DNA of 64,000 nucleotides from Paecilomyces variotii (Eukaryota): NCBI GenBank assembly GCA_004022145.1, contig RCNU01000010.1; one strand, 5' to 3'. Shown piece by piece: positions 38,292 to 52,000 of this stretch (position 1 is its first letter; each line of letters starts with the position of its first letter). The notes under the pieces were generated by a model. It saw only the letters and a program-made list of their open reading frames with translations, ran no database searches and was not told where the DNA came from. The position numbers and the translations under genes were made by a program.

Positions 38292-39212
38292 TTACCAGAG
38301 GTAGTCGATAAGGAGTGCCTTTCTGATGATGTTTTTGGTTTTTCCCCAGGAAATGCGTCTTTTGTACCACGGTATCACTGTTGATTGCATGTCAGATCAG
38401 AACAACAAACGTAGCAGTAAGTAATCATATACAACTTTTTTTCTTTTTCCTAGAAGAAAAAGAAAGAAAGAAAGAAAGACAAACATACCCGGTCTCAAAA
38501 TCTCTCTAATCCCCACAATCGCATCACTAGGGACACGATGCAAAACCAACGCTTCACCCTTATGTTGCCAAATCAACGCACTCAACACATCCCCCTGCTG
38601 AACATCAAGAGTATTCCTCAAATCCCAAACACTATAAAACCTCGTCGTATCCGGATCCATCTTCGTCGTATCGATTTTAAACAACCAACACCTTTCCCAC
38701 TCTTTCTTATACACACTTCTCCATCTCCTTGCCCAGAAATCAGCCGAGTTCTCATCCGCATATAACGCCACGAAGGGACTATAGAACGATTCATCATCGC
38801 GCACGTCCGCGAGACATTTATGGACTGCGTCTCGGAAAGGTTCGAATTGGCGAAGATCAGGTTGTGTTTCGGAGCATCGGGGATGCCATGCGTGGACGTC
38901 TGCTTCGAGACCCTTTTCGTTGAGACGTGTTCGACTCCCGTGGTATTGGACGCGGTACATGTAGCGAGGCTCGAGGGGGAAGGAGGCGGATAGTTTGTCG
39001 CAGGCTGGGTAAGGGGGGTGGATGTGGTCATGGTCGTCGACGGAGGGGTCGTGGGATGGGTTTCCTTTGACGGTGACGAGGGTTCGGCCGATGGGGACGT
39101 CGTCGGTGGGGATGGATGATTTGGTAGTTCGTTTGAAGCGGTTGGATATGCTGGAGGTGTTGTTATTGTTGTTGTTTTTGGTAAAGATGGAGGGAGGGGT
39201 GGGGAGATTCAT
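38292..39212 (-). CDS. Hypothetical protein with ADP-ribosyltransferase-like motifs (DUF7587-like), ~269 aa
   Basis: Exon 39212-38489, intron GTATGT...CTGAC...CAG (38488-38378), exon 38377-38292 ending TAA. Motifs YMYRV, SPFVAL, WLFKID, GEALVLHRVPSDAI. Start codon and last exon less certain. Confidence 0.62.
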
Positions 39213-39735
39213 TGGTGATAGTTTGATAACGATTGTAGTTGACGATGGTGATATGACATGCTGTATAGATAATGAAGTGTCTTCAATGATCGTGATCTTT
39301 GTTGCTTGGTCTTGAGGTCATTATCATGATGATTCTGCATGGTAAGGCTTTTTTTTTATTCTTTGCTGGCTGGTACAGGGAATCTGCAGGTGCAACCAAG
39401 GGCTGTGGGAGATGGGTTATTGGGGAAGGAGGTGTCTTTATTCATTGATCTAGAGACTCGACACCTTACGGTGAAGATTCATCTATAAGGTAACAGCACT
39501 AGGAAATACAACGGATAATACTTGATAGTTATTATTGAATTGTACATGTACAGGACCATTAAATTCAGTAACCAAGACGCAATGGATATGTGAGTGGTAG
39601 AAATCGAATTGAGAAAACTCAAGTCATCCGGAAAATGCGAAAGCTTCATACAACACACTTATGCACGGGATATCAAGAAAGCGGTTCATTAACGCGTATC
39701 CAATCATCAAATAATCGACCAATTAGCGGACCCCT

Positions 39736-42700
39736 TCATGTAAAAATCTCAGCAATGACATTCCCTACAGTGCTGACGCACCAAAGAGCAACCAGACCCC
39801 AGCCGATCTTCCGATCCATCTTCCATCTGTTCAGTGGAACGATGACCAATAGCCCGACTAAAGTGACAAGCAATGTGCTGCCACTGATGACAAGCGTTTT
39901 GGATATATTCACGTTGTATTCGCTGGTCGTCGTGGACATACCAGACTTCGAGTTCAACGTCATGTACAGTCCACCCAGCCCAATCCCGAGCAAAATGTTG
40001 AGCATGGGGCCTCCGAAACAGGCGCTGAGAGCCATGACGGGGTAGCCTAGGCGAGCGACGGTAACATCTGCCACAAGGTCGCCTAGCGAATTTCCAACTG
40101 CAAACACTGTAAGGCCTAGGAGCGAATCACTGATGTCGAGAATAACTCCGAAAGTTTTAAGTAGACTAACGACCTCCGTCGCAATCGTAGCGATCCATGA
40201 AATGGCAACGAGGAAGCCCAGCAAGGCCAGAAGCGGACGAGTGCTGGCGGACAATTGAGAAACGTTCGCACGTTTCGTGATTATAAGGAGACCAACAAAG
40301 CAAACCAGGGAGAGCAGAAGAGAGATCATTGCTGGCAGCAGGAGATTGCGCGCCTTCATCTCGGGATCCATATTGGTCCATGAGATGAGGACAATGAAGA
40401 AGGGTGCCGTAAACAACTGTATACAGATAAGCCACGGCTGCCACTCTTTTGATGTAGCGTCACTTCGCTCGAAGTCTGCCGGGTGTGCTGGGAGCTCGGA
40501 ATCTAGTCGGCGTCTTGATGTTGTTGCGGATGGGTCCTTCGAGTTTCGAAGGGTAGTTCCGTGAAAACTGCTCTCACCTCCCTCGGCGGTAAGAACAGGA
40601 CTATCTTCCGGCAGCCGGATAAGCGGCGGCCGCATATTATCGTCCGACGATTGGTCTTGGATCACAGGCTCAGGTTTAGATGAGGATCCCGACTGCGGTG
40701 GTTCCGCTACAGGAAGCGTCACCGTTAGCAAAAACACGCTCGGAGCTGCGACCAAGCCCAAGAACTTCTCGCCAAGGCTCTTGGTTTTCCAGTCGCAGAT
40801 TGTTGGAAACAGGGTTGAAAATATCACATGAGGCAAAGGCAACATATGAGAGGGCCACCATCTCAAGAGGCGTGATCCCCCGGGCTGCGTCTCAAGTGGG
40901 ATGCTCGCCTCTGGAGGCAGCGCTGCAGGAGAGAGAAATATACTGGCTGCTCTCGATGACGTAGAACCCGCATCCGAGAAAGCAGGAAACGGGCTCAATG
41001 GACTTTTTGGCATCATCTCTGGGCTCAGAGTTATCTGAGGGATATTCGTGGTCCCTCGCGGAGAGACGGCAGGCGAAGACAATTGTGGCCCTTTATCCGA
41101 CTGATAATTGAGAGCCCTGAGATCGTCTACCGGCGGTGCCAGATGGTCAGGAGACAGTATCCGTTCCGTTGCCGCTGGGCTTCGGTTACGCAATGGATAT
41201 CCGGATGGAGATCGCGAGTCTACCAGAACGGATGGCCCCGGTTGAGAGTGATCTGGGACTCTGAGGGCCTCCTCCGGGGCACCCCTGACCAGCTGGTTCG
41301 GAGGCCGTGAGAATCTCTCGCCTAGGAAGCTTGTATCAAGCCGTAACGCCGTAGCGTGGTCTGCTGAGACGGCGCGCGCTCGAGATAGCGATTGCCGTGC
41401 GGGGGATAGATAACGGCCAGAGTCAGACGGCTCCGTTGGCGGGTTAGATCGGATTGAGAGGTTGTCTTGATGTTGGGAAGACGAGGCATACGGATCATCA
41501 GAGTAGCTCCGTAGATTGATGGGCATGTTCCTCGCTCGTCTGAGAGACGATAGAACGGACTGGAACTCTAGGGCGCCAACCAGACTCGGACGGATGGGAT
41601 TGAACGTATTCTTTCTTCTCGAAGCCCCAGGCCGCGTGATATGCATGTTATCACTGATCTCAGCCAGATACCTGTCGCGGGTTTCGTCGTCTTCGGTATC
41701 GTCCTTCCAAGCCGGCGAGGCGGATCTCTCGAGGGCGTCAAATTCATCTCTGGATCCACGAAGAAGACTAGTGTCCTCCTGTGCAACGCGAGGATCATCG
41801 TCTTCTGGTCTCTCTTCAATATCCAATTCCTGGTTCTCGGGAATATGGAATTGTGTCCGTGCTGCTAAATCCCGTTCGTACTTCTTCCGCTGCCGACCCA
41901 AATACCAGTGCCATGTTACAACCATTACGACGTAGAAGAGGTATAGTGCCACCATTGCGGCGCATTCCCACGCGTGCAGCCGGCCATCCGCCAGGACGAT
42001 CATTGTGAAACCGATGGCAATGACAAAGTATCCCACATCACGGACGAAGCTTCTGCGGGCAACGCGGAAGGGTCGAACCAGCGCCATCGAGCCTGCAACG
42101 ACCGAGGTGATGAAGCCTGCCGCTCCCACCAGTTCTCCCACCGCCAGGCTGCCACTATTGGACCGCATGGCTGCGAAAGTGGAAAAGACGTCGGGACTGC
42201 CATTGCCAAAGGCCAGGAACGTCACTCCGGTCAGACTCTCGCTCATGCCAAGGATGCTGGCAAGAGTGCTCAGATTGATGCAGAGGAAGTCACTGGCTGC
42301 AATTCCAATGGTACTGAAGAGGAGAGATAGCCACAGAACGAGAATAGTGAAGGCGACCGGTTTCGCGTCCGCTAGGTTGCAGTAGTAGAGCTGCAAGTAG
42401 GAGAATAGGCCTTCTTCATAATCCGGGCAATTGTTCTTCACGAAGGCACATTTGTCTCTGGCTTTGCGTACGAGGTGACACTATGAGCCAATCCCGTCAG
42501 TCTTCTCGCCATCTGCTGAGTCAATAGTCCTATAATGATAATAATAATAATAATAATACCTCTGGTTCATTTCCTCTCCGGAACAACTCCGCTTCAGTTC
42601 CCGTGAACGCTCGAGTCCATCCCTTCGAGCCATAATGGCTGATGCCTGCGGTCAATGATGTAGTCGAAGACTTCAGTAGCCAGTTCGCCGCAATGATCAC

Positions 42701-42799
42701 CGTGAAGAAGCAGATGGTGAGGTAGAACGGGCGTACAGAGAAACGTCGCCGCCTAGGCATGATGGCCGGACGATGGTCATCTACGAGCGATCCCAGCAT
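39736..42799 (-). CDS. Cation/Ca2+ exchanger (Na+/Ca2+ exchanger, CCX/Ecm27-like), ~994 aa
   Basis: Exons 42799-42560 and 42480-39736. Alpha-1 repeat GVTFLAFGNGSPDVFST and alpha-2 repeat GLTVFAVGNSLGDLVAD...ACFGGPMLN; two TM clusters around a long cytosolic loop. Confidence 0.93.
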
Positions 42800-43594
42800 G
42801 ACGGGAGTCGCATCATGGAGGGTTCAAGGGCGAAAAGAGCCTGCGGCAGCAGGCAATATCGACCAGAGGCGGTGAAGAACATATAATAGAATCAGTTGCC
42901 GTGGGCCTTTGGCATCAATCTGGGGAATTTCGCAATCGGACGGAGGGGGAAACGGCGTGTATTTCTTATCATGTCCAGTTCCCAGTTCGGACGGTGACTG
43001 ATGTCAGCCATGGGTGGAGTGTGGCGGTGCGCAGTGGAGGTAAAGATTAAGAGATAGATAGTTAAGTAACTAGTTATGTATGGTATGCAACTAGGATGAA
43101 ACAGAAGGCAGCGAATAATAAGAGGGATCAGGAAGGATTAATCCAGTTTGTGTGGTTTATGGTCATATCAATCTCTGTTATGATAGAATACTGGGTAGCC
43201 TCGTCATTCTCCATGATGCAGCACACGTAGAGGGACCATAAGACTGTGGTACCTGGTACTTGTGATCCCTGGAAGCCCTCACCATTGCGCAGGTACCGGA
43301 TACTTGCTCCCGATGCACCGGCTAGATAGATAGCGTGAATACCGGCTGCGCACGTGGTGTGTATCGGCCGCCGTATGTTTTGTTGACAGCCCGCGAGTTG
43401 GGCAAGAAGCGACTGTGCCACCGTCGTATCGTCTCGTATCGTATCGCAGCTTCATTCCATCCCTCCATCATTATTATTGCTGAGACGCATTTTGGGGTCT
43501 CTGTTTTCACTTGTCCTGCAGTCGCTCAGAGAGATGGTCTGACGCGCTGGTTACCTACCTACCTACAACCACCTGAACTTTTCTGCTGGCCACC

Positions 43595-46419
43595 ATGCCG
43601 CGACCGTCGAAGACTCATCACCGCCGCTCCAATGGAGCGGCGACACCGCACAAGAACTCTCCTATAAAGTACGTATAAATGAAGGAATATATGTTTCGGG
43701 GGAGTCCGGTGTGATGGAGACGGGGATGGCCGCTGACGAGAAGGCTGACACAGGATCCCCCTCAATGATGATATGGGCGAGAAAGCGGCGCGCATGCAGT
43801 CGCGCCAGGCAATGTATGATCGCCAAATGGACCAGATCAAAGCCGCTGTGAAGACACCGATGCCTCCTCGCCGGGCAAACGCCTACGATCGAGCGGGCAG
43901 TGACAGTCCAAACACCCCGCGGGCTTCCATGCCGCGGGGTCGCGAGAGCGATGTTAACGGTCGCATGGAGCGCGCGATGACTCCCATGAAGAGAGTACCG
44001 ATTCTAGCCAATTTTGAGGAATGGATGAAGATGGCGACGGATAACAAGATTAACGCGAACAACTCGTGGAATTTCGCCCTGATCGACTACTTCCACGACA
44101 TGTCACTGTTGAGAGAAGGAGACGGAGTCAACTTTCAAAAGGCCAGTTGCACCCTGGATGGCTGTGTGAAGATCTACACGAGCAGAGTCGACAGTGTTGC
44201 GACAGAGACTGGAAAGTTGCTCAGTGGCTTAGCAGACAGCCGTGACCGTAAAGCGCAGGAGGCGGAAGCGGGAGGAGAAGATGGAGAAGATGACGAAGAA
44301 GAGGACGAGGACGGAGTGCGGAGGAGGGGCAGAAAGAAGGTACAGAAACCACCTCCATATGCAGTTGATGCGTGAAAGCAATATACTGACACGGAGGCAG
44401 ACTCAACGGACACATGAAGCGACCCTGGCACCATCGTTCGCTTCTTTGCAGCTGAAGAAGTTCGAGCTCGAGTTCGCCGTAGACCCATTGTTCAAAAAGG
44501 CCTCCGCTGATTTTGATGAGGGAGGCGCAAAGGGTCTGCTGTTGAACCACCTCTCCATCGATGGACAGGGACGAATCGTCTTCGATAGTAGTGACGATGC
44601 CTTAGACGCCACCGCCGAGGCAGAAGCAAAGAACCGTGGAGAGACCGAAGAACGAGAGACCGAGGAGCCGGATTCCGCTGCCCCAGCTGAGAGTCAAGAG
44701 AAGGATCAAGAGAAGGAAGAGGCTGACGAGGGAAGCGTGCAAATCGACTTAGCCCCCTTGGCTAGCAGATTCTTCCCGGATCTGGGCCGTCTAGACGAAC
44801 AGGACATATGTCCTTCCCTCAAGAACTTAGATCTTGGAGATCCCAGTGGATCCCTGGATATTCCTTTTTTGAAAGCACCAGAGGACTGGCGAAATGATAA
44901 AGACGACGACGAGGATACCAGGATGCGCGATGCCTCGGGTATCATGTTGGACGATGACAACGCAGTTGGTTTTGACGACGACGATGCCACATTTACTGGA
45001 TTCGATCTTGGTGGAGAAGCCGGCTTCGGTGAAGGTGGTGAGGCATGGGCCAGAGATGCTGCACTGGAACCCATGCTCAAGGTACAGCGTGTTGACCGAG
45101 ATGACGACGACCCCGACGGTGACGGCGAATTCAACAATGAAGATGCGTATGCCATCTCACTATCTCACCAAACGGCCAGTAAGGAGCACGAGAACATCCT
45201 GAGCTACTTCGACAACGCTCTGCAGAAGAACTGGGCCGGTCCAGAGCACTGGAAGATCCGAAGAATTAAAGAGACAACCGCTTCCAGTGCGACAAACGCG
45301 GGCCCCAGACAGCGGAAAGAGAAGGAACCTTTTGAGATTGATTTTGGAGCACCCTTGGATCCCACGATTGCGGAATTGATCTACACCCAGGCCAGCTCAA
45401 ATTCTACCATCTCCCTGCCCAAGACCCAGTGGAAGACCAAAGGCCGTAATCTCCTCCCAGATGATAAACACTTCAACTCACGCCAGCTACTGCGCCTCTT
45501 CCTAAAGCCCAAGGCCCAAATGGGATCCAAGAAGTTCGGCCGGCAGGCAAACGGCAATCGACAACAGGCACAGGCAGCTCCCAATGGCGAGATGGATGAA
45601 GCGTTTTGGGCCAACCACAAGACGGAGGACGACAGCGCGCGAGCGGACGAGGGTGCTGCAGGTGCCTACGACGCCGACTTCTTCGCTGATGATGATGGGC
45701 TCGCTTTCCCCAATGGTCTACCTATTGGGGATGATGACGATGATAATTTCGCAGATGCGAGAGAGATGTTCTCGCCACCCTTGGACTCTGAAGCACGCCC
45801 GACGACGTCTGCCGGTGGTGGGCCTTCCGGACTCAGTGCGCTCTTGAACCTGGTGGGCGCAACACCCGCATCATCGCTACAACCCAACGCTGGCGGCTTT
45901 GGTTCCCAACTGGTGACCCAGGGTGGAAGGAGACTGCGCCCGGAGTACGTGGCATACGCACGAGTAGCCAAGAAGGTCGATGTCCGGAGACTGAAGGAGG
46001 AACTGTGGAAGGGCATGGGCGACTCGTTGATCGAGTCGATGGATTTCAACTCAGCCTCTGGTGTGACTGCACCTCCTCCTCGTCCTGCTGAGGACACCAT
46101 CATGGAAGACGCACCGCCTACTCCCACGCCGATCAACCACCTTAAGAGAAGCGCTCCGGCCGACGAGGAGACGCCACCGGAGAAGAAGGGACAGCTCCGC
46201 TTCACTTCCATTATGAACAACCTGAAAACCGTCTACCCGGAGCAGGCCCTGCGGGATATCAGCACATCCTATGGTTTCATCTGTCTGCTCCACCTGGCCA
46301 ACGAGAAAGGTCTTGTTCTCCAAGGCGGTGACCCTTGGAATGACGAAGACGGAGCGTTAGAGGAGATCTACATTGCGAAGGATTCAGGAGCTGTGATAGA
46401 AGGCGAAGCAGCCATATAA
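43595..46419 (+). CDS. BRN1: Condensin complex subunit 2 (kleisin, Barren/Cnd2/Brn1), ~892 aa
   Basis: Exons 43595-43668, 43754-44339, 44401-46419. Motifs DNKINANNSWNFALIDYF, NFQKASCTLDGCVKIYTSRVDS, DPLFKKASADFDEGGAKGLL, NWAGPEHWK, FICLLHLANEKGL. Confidence 0.96.
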
Positions 46420-47366
46420 GAAGGGGAGGAAAAATTCCGGTTGGTGAAATGCATTAATGGTCTCCTGTTTTGCAAATGAACTTGGATGATGAAGTAGCGG
46501 GATTGTGGCCAAGGGTGCTGCTTCTGGGCGTTTTCTTGGAGTTTTATTCTATTGTAATATGCACACCTTTCGTGATGAGTGAGAAGAATCCAGGAAAAGA
46601 ATTATTCTGAATGTTCCCCGCTGAAACTTGTCTTGGGATAGTAGTAATAAATATTTACCTGGTATTAAGTTATTTTTTACGCAAAGAGCAACTAGGGAAC
46701 CTAACTAGGTGTGTTGGTGCTTTTTTGGTTTGATTAATTGCTGTTCACATGAAATTGTGATGGAAATTACTTATCTACGTTCGAATTGTGAATCAGGTAG
46801 TTAATACTGTGTAGTTACCAAGTTCCCTGTGGTGCATCTAATATTGTATCGGCAAAGGTAGTTAAAAACAACCTGAGGACTAGCGACTATCCCAAATAGA
46901 CCGCTGTCAATATATGGTCTTGGTTTCTTGAGTTCTGTGGATATGGATTCCCAGATAGTACTTAGAATTTGGTAATAATGATAATGATAATAATAATAAA
47001 TAGATGGATATCATATTTAAGTAGACTCGGCTCGGATCCAATCTAGAAAGAAGATCAGGGCCAGCTGAGTCAATAGAGAGAATGGAAGGAAAGGAAACAT
47101 AAACGCGCTATATATGACCGATGTATATAGAGAGAGAAGCATGGATGGATGGCCAGATCGATCTCTGGAAAAAGAAATTTCATCCGAAATACCAACGCCA
47201 ATAGCCCAGCGGTTTAAATTAGCCGAATTTGATAACAATCTTCGTCGAGCCTGTTCGAACCGGGGTTTCTGCTCTGTGATATTTCTGATTGATTGTTTGT
47301 TCTTGTACAAGGCATGTCTTCGTTATGATGTCTGCTTCCGCATTCATAATGGATTGGGCGGAGGGT

Positions 47367-49057
47367 CTATCGACCGCCGAATCCAGGATGGATATCAGAT
47401 GCATTTCCTTGTGGCACTGCATGAACAGGAGGAGGGTAGCTAGGGCTCGCTACTGGGGTCGAGTATGCCCCTGGGATAGGTACGGATTCGTACGTCTTCT
47501 CGCCTGGTGCGGCACCCACGTGCTCGTTGATATTTTCAACCTGCGGCGGTGTTGGTGCTCCTACAGGCGGGGGAGAAGGTGTGCTCGTATGTACCGACGG
47601 AGCGTCGAAGCCTTCCTGTTGTTGTCTCGGGGTAGCATGCTGGACGCGAATCGGCGGGGGTTGCAGCTGGAAGGGCTCCGGGGCTCGCATAGGAGATTTC
47701 GGAGTCGCATATTGCACAGAGTAGTGCTCGCCGTTTTCCGCGGACGAGTAGGGATCGTGCACTGGCGTCGCTGAGAAAAAGGGAGATTTGGGAGTGCGAG
47801 CGAACCCAGGGGTGTTGGGCGCAGACTGAGTACGAAGCTGAGCCAAGTATAGATCGGATCTGGCTTTGTCGCGCATGTCCATGGTTTTTCGCAGTCGTTG
47901 CTTGCTGTAGAAGCGGTAGAAGATGATAGCGTGAATGAGAATGACGATCAATTCAATGACAATCTCGATGATGGCGCAGACCAGGCCCCAGTCCTAGGGT
48001 TTATAAAGTTAAAAATCTGGCAACAAGATGAGAGAAGCGTCGGAGAGAGCCCTACCTGCATACGGCAAATAAGCGAATACTTCACTTCCTGGCTGAATAA
48101 TTGTCGTCGAACATTGTCTTTGCACGACCAGCCCCAGAGATCTTCTCCATTGCCAGTGGCCTTGCTATTCTGAAAGACTGCAGCGCCAATAACCCACATC
48201 ACCGTGTTGAGGGCGAAGAAGCAGACAGAGAAGACGGTGTAGTAAACCGCTACTTTCTCTGCGCGTCGATGGCCGCCCTTCCAATAGCCGTAAAACACGA
48301 CCAAGCAAGTGAGTAGGGATACAGAGGCCATGACCAGGAGGAGGACCTGCGGCCATGGATTCGTGCCCACTGCCCATGGCGGAAGGTTGTTTCGTGGAGG
48401 AAGGCTCTTCGTCGCATTGAATATCAGGAAAGAAGACGACATGAGTGAAAGAACAATGAGACTGCAGCTGAAGTTGACGAATCGTAGAAACACCTTGGCT
48501 AGCCGTACGCGCGTTTTAACTTTCTAGACCAGGGTCAACAGAGGAGATCGGTCTGAAGTGATTACTGTCTTCATCCTGCTTACCAGATCTTTCTCGTTCT
48601 CCTTCTCCGTCAACTTCTCCTGCTTCTCGAGTATATACTCTTCACGAAAGGTTGGGCTAAGAGGATTTAATGTCCGGGCAGTTCCAGGAGTCTTCAGAGC
48701 GCTTTTCAGCGGGGAAGCCGGCGTCATAGGAACATTCGCATGTTGCGAAGGCCCATTGTCCGCAACATATCCAAAGCCAACATCGGACACATGGTGCTGA
48801 GGCGCCGTCTGGACCGGAGGGTCTGCGAACGGGGATCGCGAGCTCTCAGTCGGTCCAATAGGAGAATGGACAGACGTCGCTTCTGCAAACCGGGCTGTTC
48901 GAGGACTCTTCAATGACGATGCCGTCGACTCTGATGAACTGCGTGCTGCGGGAACTCTGCCATTCTGGCCGTTGTTTGCCATCGTTGGGTGTGGTTGCCC
49001 GACAACTTCGATAGGGCTAACTGGTTCGTGAGGCAGCGGTCCGTTGAATGTCGACAT
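47367..49057 (-). CDS. ham-8: Four-TM MARVEL-like membrane protein, probable hyphal anastomosis-8 (HAM-8) homolog, ~522 aa
   Basis: Exons 49057-48584, 48523-48056, 47993-47367. Four hydrophobic helices, DLWGWSC..C motif, N-terminal SPRTARFAEAT and LSPTFREE, C-terminal SDLYLAQLRTQSAPNTPG. Orthology recalled from motifs, not searched. Confidence 0.72.
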
Positions 49058-52000
49058 TGGAAATATTCCGTCTTCGTCCTATGCAGTCAAGTCTTGTCGA
49101 GTCGGTAGACCAGAAATTATTAGAGTTGAAAGACCAGCTCTCAACGACAGTGCGACAGTAGGGTCGATAATTTGAACAGACCCGATGGCTGTTTACCTAG
49201 ATCGAGCTGGGTTCTCAGTCGCAAAAATGCCCCCTTTTGATACTTCACAAAACGGAGCAAACTTGCTGTGCAATCAGTTAGCACGAGTCCAGCGAAGCCA
49301 TCTGGATACAACCTACCGAAAGAAAAAAACAACCCTAAGCTAGCTCAGGTGTCACCTCGAGTAAATATTAATGAGGTTAACTCCCTTGTAATCGAGGCGA
49401 TTCTCGGATCTGCTACAAGAGAGAGTCAGCGGGGCTTTGGGCGAATAAAGAACACTATTATATGCGCCGATCCGACAGAGGTCAGGGTCTGGTGTATAGT
49501 ACAGTATCACTTACCTGATCTGGAACCCGTCCTGTGCGACCTTCCGCGAGACCTGCGCAGGTTGGAACAAAATGTATACAACAAAACGCCTAGACGAAGA
49601 AGCATAAGCTGTGAAATAAGAAAGGAAAGACGATGACAAGAACACACGACTTTCATGGCCGTAGTCCCGGTGCCTCTCAATATCAATGATCCCGCGTCTT
49701 GACCGTCTTCTAAAAAAAGCGGGGGACAGTCGGGCAAGCAACCTCGAATGAATCTGTTGGCGCCGGAATCCATGCTGGAGGGCGCCAGCCAGAGGGCACC
49801 AGCAACGGTATCTCTGGGATGATTGGACTTGGGAGCAATTGAGCATACTGCTAGAAGGAAGAAGACTCCCAGGATGAACCGTTTCGTTTCCAGCGACAGG
49901 CAGTGGATAAGCCAGATGACTGGACAGAGCGACGGACGCTAGAGCGGACGCTTTGTTCATCACATCGACGATGAAGCCACTCGCGGCGCAGAAACAGCTT
50001 CTTTTGAAGCCGATGCACTTGCTTTCACATCCTCGAGCAAATCAGCATCGCGATCATCGCTGCGACCTGCAGTGCCGCTCGATACAAGCCAACCACAACG
50101 CCCTGTTTGGCGCCGAGAGCAAGTCCGCCATGTCTAGTACCTACTCCGTAAGTATAGGCAGAGTACTCACGCCTCGCCAGTCTTTCAGTCATCGGGGGGG
50201 ATCAAGCTCAGGACCAGCTGAGTGGCTACGGGCATAACTCGGTTGGTCGCATATCTATACTTCCGTACTCGAGTATCGCTATAACGATAGTTACCCAGGC
50301 ATGCCATGGAGCGGCAGGACTGGTCGCCTTCAGTACTTTGTGTGTTTCCCCTTCTAGGCCAAGTAATGAGTGAGCAGCTAGCTGACTATGGCACTTAGCT
50401 CTAATTATGAGGAGCCAGGATTCTGCACGGGGATCTCCTCCCGCTGCACTAATGGCACTTTAGCTGCAATGCAAGTCACACGGACTGGATGCCGTCTTCA
50501 ATAACCCAGCACAGGCATCCTAAGGCGAAAGCCCGGGGCCAGTCGTGAAATCCGGCTTGCATTAACCTTGGACTTTGTCCTTCCTTCAAATCACAACTGA
50601 AAATAAGTCCTTGCTATCCCTCCGAGGAGACGATCTGAATGGACGGCGCTATGGCTGTCGCCAAAAATAGCCCATCAGCACTCCTCACCCCAGATTGCTA
50701 GCTGATCGATTCTCAGGCCTATCGGGGTGAAGGATGCATCTCTGAAGAACCGCTGGTCTCTATTTATTCCATCTTCCTGTGGACTCCTTGCCGGGAATGC
50801 GCCTCTAGACCCTGCAATTGACGCGAACTGAATTGCTAAAATATGTGGCTGCCACAGCAAGCAGTGAATTATGGCCTTGATTGTTTTTAAAACTGCGAAT
50901 TTTCAGCCACACCTGAGAACTAATCTCCTCGCTTGATCTATGATGGCTTCTTGGATTCATTCATAACTGTGAGAACGATTATCTCGATCTCTGCTGTTCA
51001 GTTCAGGTGGATATGTATGTACATTATCACGAACACATTTCCACCCTTACTTCTTCCTAGATGATTGTGCTTCACCTTTGTAATGCGCCACGCTGTTGCA
51101 GTAGAATACACTTTTGAAGAAGTAAGAAGTAAACATGGATATCGTCTATACAAGAGACACATGTCCTTTTCGTAGGCGCTAGAAGCTAAGAAATCCAGAC
51201 ATCATATCCAAATCACTACCCATGTTGTACTACTGTAGCTGTCTTTCTACGATTTAATATATTTCTCGTCATATAAGTCGCTTGTCTTCGCACGCATATT
51301 ATATACCGGTAGTACATTACAGGACAGAGTGATAGGTTCTTCAATCGCTATCCACCCGCGTAGCTCTCCATTGGACATACTCATCTACATCGGAAAGCAT
51401 CTTGACGTGGATATTAAAATCATACTTGATACACCAAACAACATGATGCACCTAGAGCACCCAGCCTTACGGTACAGCTATACTACTTCACTAATGATTT
51501 ATCTCCCAATAACAAAAATAGTCAAACCCCAGTTTACAATATCATCCTTACATCCAAAAGTCACAAACATACCATCCTTATTTCCCTCCCAATAATAATA
51601 ACAACACCGCCGCTTCTTCTTGCCATTTGGTAGTAGCTTATAATATGATACACCAATTAAGAGTTAGGATCTAGATTTCTAAAACACTTGGACCAATTAT
51701 CTCTCTGCATCGGCAAAACTTACCGATGATTAAAACCGAACGGCGCGCGCTAACTCAGCCATTATTATTCTTTCTCCGTTGGGTACCTAGGTAGGTAGGT
51801 AGGTAACTACCTAATTAGGCCGTCTGGTTATAAATTATAGTAATCTGGATTATATCATGAGTAGAGTGTTTTAGAAGGTATAAATGACATAACTTAGTTA
51901 CATTATTCTGCTAGGTAATCGCCCTGTTAAATAGAAACAACATCCTAGCTGAACCTCTCTCTATATAGTTATAATTTTCTCCTTTTTGCTTGATAATATC

